Positions 29,320-43,947 of a stretch of DNA of 64,000 nt are shown in pieces. Source of the DNA: Chrysomallon squamiferum. Taxonomy: Eukaryota; Animalia; Mollusca. The position numbers and the translations under genes were made by a program. The DNA lies in contig CM022674.1 of assembly GCA_012295275.1 (NCBI GenBank), positions 5,456,001-5,520,000 of the forward strand. Reading direction: 5' to 3'. The notes under the pieces are model-generated. The model worked only from the letters and a program-made list of their open reading frames with translations, was not told where the DNA came from and searched no databases. Position 1 is the first letter of the stretch; each line of letters starts with the position of its first letter.

Positions 29320-30621
29320 AACAAAACAAATAAAAGGAATATGGACGCGCCTGCTCAAACCATATAATCCAGTTTTCCGAATAAAAAGCGTGGTTAAAGG
29401 TTCCCTGTTGTAACGCACGTACACTGCAGTGTAACGTAAACCAAACGTTCGTCAAACTCAGATAAATTAACATCAGCTTATGAGTCACGTCGATTTTTCT
29501 TTTGCCCTTATTATTTCAAGTCGATCGCACTGAATTCGACGTGTCGCACTAATTTTTCTTTTTTTTTTTTTTTTTTTTCTTGACCTACGGCGTCATGCGC
29601 AGTTCGTTTCTGTAAAAATCGTCACCTGCACGAGCTCGCCACGCGCTCCACCGCTGCCGATGCTCGTGCAATCGACGGTTTTAACTTCCTGTTTGCGAAA
29701 GACTGTTTTCCTGACAGCTGATTTAAAGTAAGTAAACTTCGTTATGTTGATTGAACGGTTTAGAATATAAAATAACATTAATGATTTTTAAGCGTACAGA
29801 TGTACTTGTCCTTTTCCCCAACTGTTACAGTATCGTATAGTATTAATTGATTTACAAAATTTATTTGTTAGCACTTTTCCTTTACCGAAATCGTTAGATC
29901 TCAAATAACGAACAATAATTTTGGTTCTTATCTTATCTTGATTTAATAACATGAGAATTATGTGTCGCGTGGTACAATTACGTTTCAATACTGCAGTATC
30001 TTATTTTACTATCTGAGGCGGATATATTTTTGCGGCAGTCTTAATAAAAAAAATACTTAACGACCGAAATAAATGAAAACTATAAATAATGTTACCTATT
30101 CCTTGTACAGTAATAATTTCGTAAGAGAAATGGATAAATGTGAACTATAACCTACCTTATCTGATGTATGGTAATTTACTGTGTGAAAACAAAAAATAAT
30201 ACAGTGAAATGTCTTGTAAACACAAACTAAGCTAAACAAGAGTATAGATTAGGTTCATGCTCTGTGAAATAAGTATTCGATTTTCCGAAACTTCTTGGAG
30301 TTGGCAATTACGAATAAGAAATTGTCGTCAGGTGTATGGTTTATGGAAATCTTTCTTGTTTATTTATTTCTTTTGTTACTAATTTATTTATCTTGTTATT
30401 TATTTATTTACTTATAAATTTATTTATTTATTTTTATTTATTTATTCATTCATTTTGTCGTTTATTTATTTATTTATTTATTTATTTTAAGGAATATATT
30501 TTATTTATTTATTCATTTGTCTTTTTATTTATTATTTATTTATTTATTTTTGTTGTTTATTTATCGTGTCATTTATTTATTTTATTTATTTTTGTATTTA
30601 TTTTGTTATTTTGTTGTTTAC

Positions 30622-30659
<38 letters not shown>

Positions 30660-31410
30660 TTTTATTATATTTTACTTGTTTATTTTCTTGTACTTTATTT
30701 TTTATTTATTTATTTATTTATTTTTTTATTTTTTTTTTTTTTATTGGTCATCTCGTTAACATAGTTTTTCTGAGAAAATAATCTAATTGTAATTTACGTT
30801 TACTTTACATAATTTTACAACACAACAATAAAACAAAATTATTGTAAAACTTTTGAATAGTTTTCTTACTCTTGATCACTAAGAACATTATATTTTCCCC
30901 ATTTAAAAAGAAAAGAAAAAAAAAAAAAAAAAAAAAAAAAAAGATTCTTCTTCAATTTAACGTTCCAAATGAAGAACATTATTTTGCTCAGTTGTTTAAT
31001 TAAAAATCTAAATTCAATTACTAGTCTCAGAAAAAAAGAAAAGAAAAAAACAGAAGATAAAAATCTATTTGTTGTAATTACAAAGAAAATCTTTAAGAGT
31101 TTTCTGTTCTGAAATTAACTAAAGAGAAAACTGACGATATTTCTTAGGTTTCTTTATTCATTAAGATTTTTTTTTTTTTTTTACTGAATTAAATTAGTTA
31201 ATTAAATTTGATCTTTCTATGTCTCTAATTCTTACATCAGCTGTTTTTGATTTTTGTAGTTTTTGTAAATATAAAAAAAAAAAAAAAAAGTTTTGTAATT
31301 AAAGAAATACAATTGTAAAACTAATCAGTTAACTCTTTTCTTCTTTTGGAATTTTTTATTTCATTTTCCTTCTTCTTCTTCTTTTCCACTCGCTATTTTT
31401 CTTTTACATT

Positions 31411-31441
<31 letters not shown>

Positions 31442-31485
31442 TCATTCTCTCTCTAATTATCTCTCTCTCTCTTTTTCTTCTCTTT

Positions 31486-31520
<35 letters not shown>

Positions 31521-31534
31521 TTAATATGTAATTA

Positions 31535-31877
<343 letters not shown>

Positions 31878-32239
31878 ACAATTTAAACAACAAAGTGAAA
31901 AGTTTACTAACTGCACCGTTCTAAAACAAACGTAATTAATCCTACATACGAGTTTGCGTTTGTTTTTTCCCAGTTTAGCTTGCGTAACTTTCGGTCAAAT
32001 GTACCTACTAAAATAACTTGACAAGACTAAATATTATGTACACAGCCAGTTTTTTTTTGTGGGTTTTTTTGCGAGAGAAAAAAGAAAACCAAAAGAAAAG
32101 GATCGATAATTTTCATTATCACCGCTGGAATTCTTTTGTATTAAGAAAACTGAAAGCTGAAATCTTTTGTAATAGAAAAAAAAAAAAAAAAGACCTGATA
32201 TGTCGCTTTAATCTGTTTGCTTTCGTCTGATAGACTTCT

Positions 32240-32764
32240 ACAACGACGACGATGATGATGATGATAATGTTGAAGCTGATGACGATGATGATGACGATGA
32301 AGGAAAAACATATGATTATTATGACAAAGATGATGTTGATGGTGATAATGATAATAATTATGATGATTATGACGGTGATGAAGAAAAGTTAGGTGAATAT
32401 GATAAAAAAAAAAAAAAAAAGAAGACCGATGATAATATTGATGAAGATGCTGATTATGATGGAAAAGATGATGACGACGTCGACGATGATAATGATGATG
32501 ATGATGATGACGATCGTGATAATGATGACTATGATTTAGTAAAATTAGATGGATATGAAAATGTAATTGTCATACTGATGATGATGTTGACGGTACCGAT
32601 GATGATGATGATGACGATGGCGGTGAAGAAAAAAATATTATCAATGTGACGAAGACGATGATGATGTTATGGTGATGATGATGATGATGATGGTGACAGT
32701 AAAGACGAAAAGGAAAATGTATATGACAGTAAAGAAGAAGAATGTGATGATGACACTTGTAATA

Positions 32765-32797
<33 letters not shown>

Positions 32798-32856
32798 GTA
32801 CTGATGGCGATGTCTACGAAGATATGAAGAAGAATATATAATGACACTGATGATGA
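32240..32856 (+). repeat. Decayed (GAT)n array, ~600 bp, with an Asp-rich open frame in its first half
   Basis: GAT/GAC/GAA/AAT triplets dominate. The frame 32212-32649 has no internal stop, but the GAT register shifts several times after about 32565. Confidence 0.85.
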
Positions 32857-32905
32857 AAATTAATTAATTTACATTTCTTTATTCCCTTCTTTCTTTCTAA
32901 CTCTT

Positions 32906-32936
<31 letters not shown>

Positions 32937-35007
32937 CTTATATATTTATTTGTTTTGAAAATCGGTTCAAAAGATTTTTTTTTTTTTTACAAAAACAATC
33001 CGAAAAAGCAGTCTTGTTAAATAAACGAGTAACATAAAACAACAAACGTCTTGTGCATATAAAATAATAATACTGGAAACGGGAACAAATAAAACCGTCT
33101 TGAGACCTTTTCAAGCCAACTAGACAGGTCTCACCTCGATATTATTGATCGGCGGAACATTTTAATTGGACGCGGTAAGCAACACCTTAATGTCGCGCAA
33201 CATCTGCTCAATATGTAGCGTCTTTATTTTAAAGCCAGATTTTTGTTGTTGTTTTTTCCTCTGCCGCTAATCTATATATAGAGATGTCGCTGTGATCTTT
33301 TTTTTCATTCTTTCTTTCTTTTCTTATTCCTATTGGTTGTTTTGTAGCTGCATCTATAATCCTTAACCTTTCACTTACTTGGTGCAAGCGGACTTCCTTC
33401 CTTCCCCTAAGTAAATCCGTCAAAGAATACACAAATTATCTGCACTAGTGTTTGAGAAGCGTTCGCTTGATATGAATTATGTATGCATTTTATCGGGAAA
33501 ATTTGACAATGTTGGTGCTTAATTTTAAAAATGACGTGATGACGAATATATGACGTTATTACGAATATACGAATTTTTTGTCATGGGCTGGTATACGTTT
33601 CCAGACAAGGATGTATCCAGCAGTTTCCAGCAGTTACACACACACACACACACTCAAACATACACATACATACAGATACATATACACATATACACATACA
33701 CAGCCAAACACACGCACACACACATACACATTTAAGAGAAAATTTGATTATATAAATTTATATAATAAAATAATTTACTTTAATAAAGTCCCTGTAACGA
33801 TGATTTTTGTTTGCGCACCTATTCATACATGTATGTATGTGTGTATATATATGTATATGTGTGTATATATATGTATATGTATGTATGTATGTATGTATAT
33901 TTATGTACTTGTGCATGTTTTGGCTTATTTCTTTATAGAATAACTTTTTTTTTTATTATTTTGAAAACTGTGTTCAAAACAGACATCACAGCGCTCTTCC
34001 GGTTTTGAAAGCGTTGTAATCTTTGCTTGTAGCCCCAGAAAATCCCGTTACACTATTCATAATACATTATCATCTGATTATCATGAAAATAAGATTTCCT
34101 TTCATTGCAGTCTGCATAATTAAATCAAAAACAGTGGCATGTATTCGCGACACGAACGAACGATTATATTTCACTCACTTTGATCAGCACGACAACGTGT
34201 CCGAAGCTACTGTTGGTTCGTGACGTTTGTGCTCAATTATTTTGTAATTCCCCTAGTGACGTCATAAATAACGTTACCTAGCTCTTTGTCACGTCATAAT
34301 GTATTTCCTTAGTAATACAAGGATTAACAGAAACAGTGATAATACGCTGTTTGGAAAAATAATATCCGTTATTATTATTATTTTTTTTTTTTTTTTTTTG
34401 ATGTAATGTTTTTATTTTTTTTATTTATTATTATTATTATTTTTTTTTTTTTTTTTTTTTCTCTGAAATGTTGTCCCACCTGATTTCCATACCTTTTTTT
34501 ATAGATGTTTTAAGGCTTAATAACATTGTTATTACTTCTTAAAATATATCTCTAGGTGGTATCAATAAATGAAGTAATAAACTTCTTATTGCATTGGTCT
34601 AGACGTTCTTTCATTACGTATTGCAAAGTATGACTGTAAAAAAAAAAATACAATTACAAAACACACAAACTTCCACAGATGGAGTCATGACGTCACTGCA
34701 TACGTAATACACTGATATTTCTTATTTTGTTTATTTTTATTTCGCTATATCAGTCCGCCCTCTACGTTTATTTTTGATCTACGAGCTTACGTCATAGTAA
34801 ATACGTATTAGGTGTGTCGGATTAGGGAGAGTGGTTTACTAATTTTAGGCTGGTTCATCGTCCTGTTACGTAATGAAGATTTACGTAAAATTAGTAATAC
34901 GTCTTCCAATGTGAGTATCGTGTTTAATACTTCAAGTATATTATACCAGTCAGTTCAGTAACCTTTTCTATCAGGACAGTATGTATGTGTTTATTAATCT
35001 TCACTGC

Positions 35008-35038
<31 letters not shown>

Positions 35039-35169
35039 CACACATACACACACACATATATACATAAATACACACACAGAGAGAGACACATATATATATA
35101 TACACACAAACACATACACATATATATGCACACATACACGGAGATGAACATAAATACATATATATACAA

Positions 35170-35201
<32 letters not shown>

Positions 35202-36014
35202 GAGTGTGTGTTTGTCCATATATATATATATATATATATATATATCATATATCATCATCATCATCATCATCATTATTGACAATAACATATAAAAATTAAG
35301 TTCTAATACCTGTGGGTACCCTTCAAAAGTTCCATCGGCGTATTTATTACAGTTTTATCGCCTTTGTCATCATCACAGACATCGTCAAACAGAGTAGACG
35401 AGAGTTAAAGTAACTTTTAAATACCTCGGAACCCGAGATAAAATCTTTGTTGCCTTAATCTGACAGCATGATGTTGTCGTTATCGTCAACAACGTCGTCG
35501 TCGAATGCAGCACGTAAAAGTTAAGATAAATTAAAGCCCGTCTGTTCTCGATACAAACTGTTGGGTTTTTTTTATAATCCCTTTCGTCATCGACGTGATC
35601 ATCATCATCATAGACGTCATCATCATCATTGACATAAGCATCATTACACAGTAATGTATAAAGTATGTCATGGATACAATATCTTCCCCCTCTCCCACCG
35701 TCTTTAGCTCCACCCTCAGTCAAAGTTTTTATTGGCTTCTCTGTAATCCCCGTCATTGTCAGTGGTCATCGACATCGACAACGTCGACAACAACGTGTAC
35801 ACGTTAAGGTAGGTTTATAAAAAAAAATGCCTCTGTCCCCGACATAAGTTCTATTGGCTTGGCTATGGTTTATTTGTTAATGATATATAAACTATGGCCT
35901 AGCCATTGAAACTCCAGTTGGAATGACTGAGGTTTCGTCGTCTTTGTTGATACGCCGTTGCGTCCGTTGTGGTCATCGTAGTTGTGCCCGTTGTCGTCGT
36001 CGTTATTGTTGATG

Positions 36015-36046
<32 letters not shown>

Positions 36047-37295
36047 CGCCGTTTTGGTTTTTTTTTTTTTTTTTGTTTGTTTTGTTTTCGCCGTTATTGA
36101 TGTTTTATTTATTGGTTTGTTTTGTCGTAGTTGTATACGTTTTATTTATTTATACGTGACGTCGTTGTTGCTGATGTTTTATTTATTTGTGTTTTCTGTT
36201 GTTGTTGTTGTTCACCTTCTGTAATGCTGTAGCTGTCCTTACTTGCTTTATTTCATGGCATTGTTAGTGGCTGTTTTGTTTTCTGCTTTTTTTTATTTAT
36301 TATCCTGTTTGCAGTTTGTTGTGTCCGTAACATTGATTTAATTATTTCTTGTTGTAGTTTCTCTGTTTTATTTGTTTTATTTGAACATTCATTTGTGCGT
36401 AAAACTTCAATGTGTTCAATTATTTAAACTACGACGTCGATTTTAAATCTGAGAAAAAAATTACAAATGTTTTACACTCAATGCAGCCCATTGTTAATTG
36501 TAACAACTTTTTAAGTCTTAATTACTTACTTACTTATTTATTTGTTTATTTATTTTTCTATTTCTACGTAATTTCAAAGTTCAGAGTCGGGTGTGAAATC
36601 TTAAACGATAACAAAAACACCAACAACAATAACAACAACAACAATAATGATAATAAATAGTAGTAGTGGTAGCAGTAGTACTAGTTGTTGTTGTAGTAGT
36701 AGTAGTAGTAGCAGCAGTAGTAGCAAAAAAAATGTATACGTTTCATTTACTTCCATTAGAATATTATTTTTGACTTTTCCTTTTTTAAAATTCACCTCTC
36801 TCATACTTTTATTTTTGAAGTGTAACTTTTCTCCGCAAGCCCGAGATGCAATATCTTTTTCAAATTACTTTTCTTCTTTTTTTTTCTTTTCTTTTTTTAT
36901 CCTGATATACTCAATTTTACGAGAAGAAAAAAAATATATTAAACAGAAAGAATAAATCCGGTTTTTAGAAGTAATTCGCAGTGCAAGATCCGATTTTTCG
37001 CGTGTCCATTTTCCCCAGTCGAATATTCGCTCATTCGGAAAACCTCGTGCTGATTACGGGTTTATCCGATCTAATCGGCCTAGATATTTCTGACAGCGAA
37101 GTTAGAGCAGCCGTCAAACTTCGTAACAGTAAATACAGACTTTGTAGACATTAAAAAAAAAGAGAAAAAAAGAAAATAAAAAGACTTAATCCAATACAGC
37201 TGATATTAGCTGATGTCTTATCTGCAGTCAATGTTTGTTAATGGTTTAGAATGAGACTCTAAAAAAAAAAAAAAAAAAAAAAAATACGGAAAAAG

Positions 37296-37705
37296 CCGAA
37301 GTGTGGTTCTTAGGACTGAAACTCAATCATCCTCGGTCGCTGTCGGGAAAATTCCCGTTCCAGACATTTAACCGAATCGACAGCTTGTAAGTAGCTCCTT
37401 TTATAGACGTTTAGCTTACAGGATCGGTCTTCCTTTGGTGCAACAATGTGGTTATTTCCCGTTCCAAACAGTCTCTCAGTCAGTCAGTCAGTCAGTCGCA
37501 GGATCCTCAATTTTTTTTTTAACATTTTTTTTTTTCGGTCATTTCTCACTGCAGCCACTTCTTAAATCTCGAGGTCAAATTCTCTGACCATCAAATGGGT
37601 TAATTCCCCATTCATCAGTGTGTCCCATGGCCTGTGTAAAAGGCTGAGATATTTGTGTTGTGGGGAAAGAGCTTATTAAAAGATCTATGGACCTAATCGA
37701 TACGA
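37296..37705 (+). mobile_element. Three successive decayed SINE-like fragments
   Basis: aattcccgttccagac (~37350); aggatcggtc...gtggttatttcccgttccaaacagt (37418-37472); aggtcaaattc...atgggttaattccccattcatcagtg...aaaaggc...tgtgggg...taaaagatc...ctaatcga (37572-37700, the longest copy). Confidence 0.6.
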
Positions 37706-38004
37706 CTAACTCGCTGAAAATCGCAGAAGTATTTTCTCTTCTTTTTTTTTTTTTTTTTTTTTTTTTTTGCGGTCAATATATCGTTTCTAAAATAAATGAT
37801 CGTAGGGAGGCAAAGTATTTCGAAGCGACGAGGCCCTAATTAGGAAACATTTCAGAGACCTTGTTTAGTTAGTGTTAGAATAGTGCTGTGTAATAATGTT
37901 AAAGAAATTGGTAAACGTCACGAATGACTGAAATCCTCAGCATGTTTAGCTTGTGTTAAATCCGTCGGTGTTTATATTTGTTGTAAAAAATATACATATC
38001 TCAT

Positions 38005-38017
38005 TCTGTCTTTCTCT

Positions 38018-38067
<50 letters not shown>

Positions 38068-38350
38068 GTCTCTCTCTCTCTCTCTCTGTCTCTCTCTCCT
38101 GTCTCTCTCCTCTCTCGCTCTCTCTCTCTGTCTCTCTGAGTCTCCCTCTCTCTCTATCTGTCTCTCTCGCTCTCTCCCTGTCTCTCTCTCGCTCTCTGTC
38201 TCGCTCTGTCTGTTTCTCTGTGTCTCTCTCTCTTCTTCCCTTTCTCTCTCCATTCTCTCTGTCTTTCTTTCTTTCGTTCTCTCTCACTTCCTCTTTTTGT
38301 CCGTCCTTCTGCCTCCCCCTCTTACTCTGTCTCCCTCCTTCTCTCTCTGT
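38005..38350. repeat. Interrupted (CT)n polypyrimidine tract
   Basis: Seen directly. Confidence 0.92.
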
Positions 38351-38963
38351 CAAAAACAAAGTTACTTTGTTTATACAGTTGGTGTATATGTTGTTGTTTT
38401 TCGTTGTTGTTGTAACTATGGTTATAATCTGTATATACCATTATTTTTATTTTTTTTATTTTTTATCATTATTTATTTGCTTACTTACGTCCATTCTTGA
38501 TTGCTTGTAAAACTATGTATTCCATTGTGTATAGTAAAACAAGGTTTACTGGCATCAAAATCGAAATGTACATAAAGGTGAGTTCACACGGAGCAACGTA
38601 CAATAACACTGGTTTTAATCACAGTTATGTTTACTTTACGAATAACAAAATCAGAAAAGAATTTAAACTTTTCGAAATGGGAATTAGAATACTGTTAAAA
38701 ACGATTACAAAATAGGAAATTTCACAGTATCAACTGTTACGGTGTGTTATTCAGTATGATCGCGGCTTTAGTACACGCTGGTCGAAGGATTAACTCTTGC
38801 AGTGTATGGGAATTGATCGTTCGTATGGAAATGAAGTCTGTACAACCGACATTTTCTACGTGTTACGCTAAAAAGATGGGTTATCTCATGTTAACTTTCT
38901 CACCTCCTGTCTGGAGATCTCCGCTGAATTCTATCCCAGGATGCTTTTCGGTAAGGGTTTGTG

Positions 38964-38996
<33 letters not shown>

Positions 38997-39227
38997 GTCT
39001 ATTGCATTTATTGGGTGGAAGAATTAATGGTTAAGATGTGGGATTTAAGAACTGTAAGGTATTATGGTCGAAATCGTGAATGAGATCATAAACTGTGCTG
39101 AAACGTGTTAAAATATTTGTTTTGATGAGTAATAATTGTAAGGGTATATTAATATGAATGGTAGTCGTTTGCGTTATCCATAATAGCTGTATGTGTGTAA
39201 TTTAATATAGAGTATTTCAGCAAAAGA

Positions 39228-39608
<381 letters not shown>

Positions 39609-40111
39609 CAGTAATCACAGAATGAAAGAGAAAGCGTAAATTAAAACGACAATCAGAGGACTGTGAGACAGAAAGACAGAACAAAGCGATGTTCGACACT
39701 CCGTCAACTGCAGACGTCTGTTTCTGCCTTATTAAAAATCCCTAATTGTGTCTCCTGTGGGAACCGTCGTTTGTAAAGACTGAACTGCTTGAATTAATCC
39801 GCACTGTGCAAAGATGCGAACCGAATACGCCCAAAATCCTCGAAGTCTTCGTGTTTCTGAAAATTAATGTAGTTCGTTTAAGGATGTTTGCAGGACGCTT
39901 TGTCTACAGGTTTATAATTCCATAGCATTTCAGCAGCGATTCTAACCAAAGGAAACATATTTCATGTAACGTAATATCACTGCTTTTAACGTATTATGAT
40001 TTTGTTTGTAATGATTTATAACGTATTGTATTTCTGATGAGGTCATATTTATATAAATATAAATAGATATACAAACTTTTATGCACAGATACATATGCAG
40101 GGAAATACATG

Positions 40112-40156
40112 CATACATACATACATACATACATACATACATACATACATACATAC

Positions 40157-40199
<43 letters not shown>

Positions 40200-40250
40200 T
40201 ATATATACACATATATACATACACACATATATACATAAATACGTATATAA

Positions 40251-40292
<42 letters not shown>
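40112..40292. repeat. (CATA)n-(TA)n-(CA)n compound microsatellite
   Basis: Seen directly. Confidence 0.94.
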
Positions 40293-40294
<2 letters not shown>

Positions 40295-41068
40295 CAACCT
40301 TCAACACTCACATCACTGTAACATTTAACAAATTGACAAAACTGTCATCTGCTTCATCTGTAACCTAAGTACCACATTGATGCCAATTTTCACTCAGATT
40401 TTAAGTCCCATTAATGGATTCGACGCACGAAAACCAGCAAACGAGAAAGATTAATTAAATACATCTACAAGAACAACAGCAGTAAACACGTTGACGCGTG
40501 GTTGCCGTTCACGTCATTGTCACCAGCATCGTGTTTGTGAGAGAAAAAAAATCAAAATATATAAAAGCATTGTCAGAAAATGAACTATGTCGTTTTGTAG
40601 ACGTCACACACACACAAAAGACAGTTTCGAAAGCAGCGGATGTTATTGAGTTTCAAAGAATCGAAAATGCTTTAAAATGTAATGTGTTTGTAATATGAGG
40701 TTAAAATTGATGTTTTGTTTGATCAGTTTGAAAGAAAAAAAGAAATATATTTAAAAAAAAAATTATAATGGATTTCGTGTTTGATCGATTAAAAAAAATA
40801 TGAAATTAAATAATAATAATAATAACAATAAGAATAATAATAATAATAATAATAATTAGATATGATAAAACAAAATTAATTACAAACAATTAAAACAATC
40901 GTTAAAAAGAAGACGATCTCAATTCCAAAAAAATATATATTTTCTTTAAATGAAATTTATTTCGAATTGCAAGAATAGTAATAGTAGTAAACATGAAGGA
41001 ATAGTAGTAATAGTGGTGGTAAAAAGTAGAAGTAATAGTAGTAGTAGTAGTGGTGGTGGTGGTGGTGG

Positions 41069-41252
41069 TAATACCAGTAATATTAGTAATGATTGCAGAC
41101 CTTTGAGTGAATTTCTCGAATCTTGAATTAATTACACTAACAAAGAGTTTCATGTGATGTTTCTGTTATACCTAACGAATCTGCGATCACCCAGTGAAGG
41201 AAAAACACGAGTTATCACTGATTACCGTAAACTGTGTAATATACACCGTGGT
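41069..41252 (+). repeat. Direct duplication copy A (~180 bp unique sequence)
   Basis: taataccagtaatattag.aatg.ttgcagacctttgagtg...ctaacgaatctgcgatcacccagtgaaggaaaaacacgagtta.cactgattaccgtaaactgtgtaatatac is nearly identical to 43948-44143. Confidence 0.95.
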
Positions 41253-41327
41253 CGTGCATCGCCTATAAATTTATTACATAGAAGAGTCTGTGTTTGAATG
41301 TTATGTCTATGTCAGTTGATGAATCAG

Positions 41328-41650
41328 TGTATGTGTTTATGTATGTATGTATATATGTATGTTCATGTATGTGCATGTATGTGTATGTATGTGTATGTGT
41401 ATATGTATGTATGTGTATATGTGTATGTATATGTATGTATGCATATGTATATGTATGTATGTATGCATATGTATATATGTATATGTGTATGTGTATATGT
41501 ATGTATGTATGTGTGTATGTATATGTGTATGTATGTGTGTATGTATGTGTGTATGTATGTATGTGTGTATGTATGTGTGTATATATGTATATGTGTGTAT
41601 ATATGTATTATGTATGTATGTATGTATTTATATTTATGCATATATGTTTG

Positions 41651-41687
<37 letters not shown>

Positions 41688-41690
41688 TTG
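41328..41690. repeat. (TATG/TGTA)-type decayed repeat plus (CT)n
   Basis: Seen directly. Confidence 0.92.
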
Positions 41691-43509
41691 TGTCTTATAA
41701 GTCTCTCTAAACTCAAGAACTTCAATAATATATGACCCGATTAAGTAGCTGCTACAAGAAAATAGGCAATCAGTCAACACGCTACCTTTAAGAGAACGCT
41801 TCAAATTTAAAATCTCCCGAGAGACTTTCAAAATTCAGACTCGTTAACTTAGTAATTATTTTTTTTCTGAACTGCAGCCTGAATTAACTAGAAATGTAGA
41901 CTAGGAGCTTTGCCAGAGGTGAACGTTTAACTGTCTTTGACATTCTCGTTTCATTTATCTGACATAATTTTAAAATGTGTTTGCAGGAGCATTACGTTTT
42001 ACTCGTTCGGCTGTGATTAGACGCAGACGATGCCATGATATGATTTCGCACAGGGAATTTGGAAACAGCGTTTCTGTCAAGCCGTTTGTGTAATTGTGAA
42101 AACATGACACTTTAAAAATGTGTGTCTGTGTGTGTATTTGTGTGTTTGTGTGTGTGTTTAGTGACTTGTTATTAAAATTATGCAAACTGCTTGAAAGAAA
42201 CGATGAAAAAGTTTCCTTTGCTAAATAATGCTGAAAAAGTTTGTTTGTGTTTGTGTGTATGTTTTGTGTGTGTGTGTGTGTGTGTGTGTCTTCTGTCAGT
42301 CTATGTGTGTGTGTCTGCGTGTTTGTGTGTGTGTGTGTGTTAAAACTGTGGTTCCAGATTATGTAAATTTAAAGAAATCTTTATCAAAACATATTCTAGA
42401 TGAGAATCTTTTTGTCTTTTGGAGGGAATTTAAAGTTAAAAATAACTAAAACAATTTGGAAGCTCAGTGGTTGGTTCAACACAGACGATGTTATAGTAAT
42501 GCTTATAGTAACAGTAGCAACAGCAGTAGCAACAACAACAACAGCAGTAGAAGTCGTGGTCGTAGTGGCAGTAGTATCAGCAACAGCAGCAGAAGGAGTC
42601 GTAGTGGTAGTAGCAGAAGTCGTAATAGTAGTAGAAAAAGCAGCAGCAACATCAATAGCAGCTGTATAAGTCGTAATAACAGTAATAGCAATTTTATATT
42701 ATAGTATACTACACTATTCCACATATCTACCTATCTGTCTATATATCCAACTGTCTATTTCTCTATCTGACTGTATATCTAATATATTTATTTATTTATC
42801 ACGAAAGATATTACAGAAGAATATTTTTAATTCCTACTTACACTTTATGTTGCATAGACCTAGATATTTCTACCGAATCTGTTTTTAACCACAAATGTGC
42901 TAACATTATCGCTAATGGAAAATCATGCGGTACACGGTAATCTTCGGCGCAAGATGACTGACACAAATTGCATGGCTCGAAATTAACATCTATTAGAAAA
43001 ACTAACGAATGACATTAGTGTCCTTGTCACTCGCTTTCTCAATCAACAGAAAAGTATTCACAGACGTGACTTGTCGTCGTTTTCCCTAACATCTTCACTT
43101 ACTATTGAGAGATGGGGAAAAAAAAGAAAAGAAAAGACGTAAAAATGTACGAAAATAAGGTTATCCACTCATTTCTGGGCAGTGTCAAGCACCATTCAGG
43201 TGCTATCTGCGTAAATGGAGGAAAATACGTCTCGCAGCAGAAATGACTTCCGTCGAACGGGAAGTGAAACGTGAACATCTTCTGTACGTCCGGTTTGCTT
43301 TGGCATCGACGAGTGACATCTATCGGCAACAGCAACGTCAGACGAGGAGGGACTGCAGCGTCTTTTTTTTTTTTTTTTAAAAGAAGAGAAATGGCGGTGA
43401 TTACTCTCCACAGCAAATCTTTTCCGTGGTCGATACACCAAGCTGAAGACGTTATGTGTTTGAACGGCTCCGATATATATAGGCGTGACGTGATATATAT
43501 AAAAGTTGA

Positions 43510-43947
43510 AGTAATAGTTATAATAGTAGTGGTGGTTGTGGTGGTAGTAGTAGTAATCGTAGTAGTAGTAGTAGTATTTGCAGCAGTAGTAGTAGTAGTA
43601 GTAGCAGCAGCAGTAATACCAGTAATATTAGCAATGTTGGAGTAATGGTTATAGTAGTAGTGGTGTTGGTGGTGGTAGTAGTAGTAATCGTAGTAGTAGT
43701 AGTAGTATTTGCAGCAGTAGTAGTAGTAGTAGTAGTTGCAGCAGTAGCAGCAGCAGTAATACCAGTAATATTAGTAATGGTTATAGTAGTAGTGGTGTTG
43801 GTGGTGGTAGTAGTAGTAAGCAGTAGTAGTAGTATTTGCAGTAGTAGTAGTAGTAGTAGTTGCAGCAGTAGCAGCAGCAGTAATACCAGTAATATTAGCA
43901 ATGTTGGAGTAAGCAGCAGCTGGTAATACCAGTAGTAATATTAGCAG
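43510..43947 (+). repeat. Higher-order tandem repeat, three ~130 bp units built from decayed (TAG/CAG/TGG)n
   Basis: The landmarks gtatttgcag and gcagcagcagtaataccagtaatattag recur in order in three units starting near 43510, 43641 and 43773. Confidence 0.88.
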
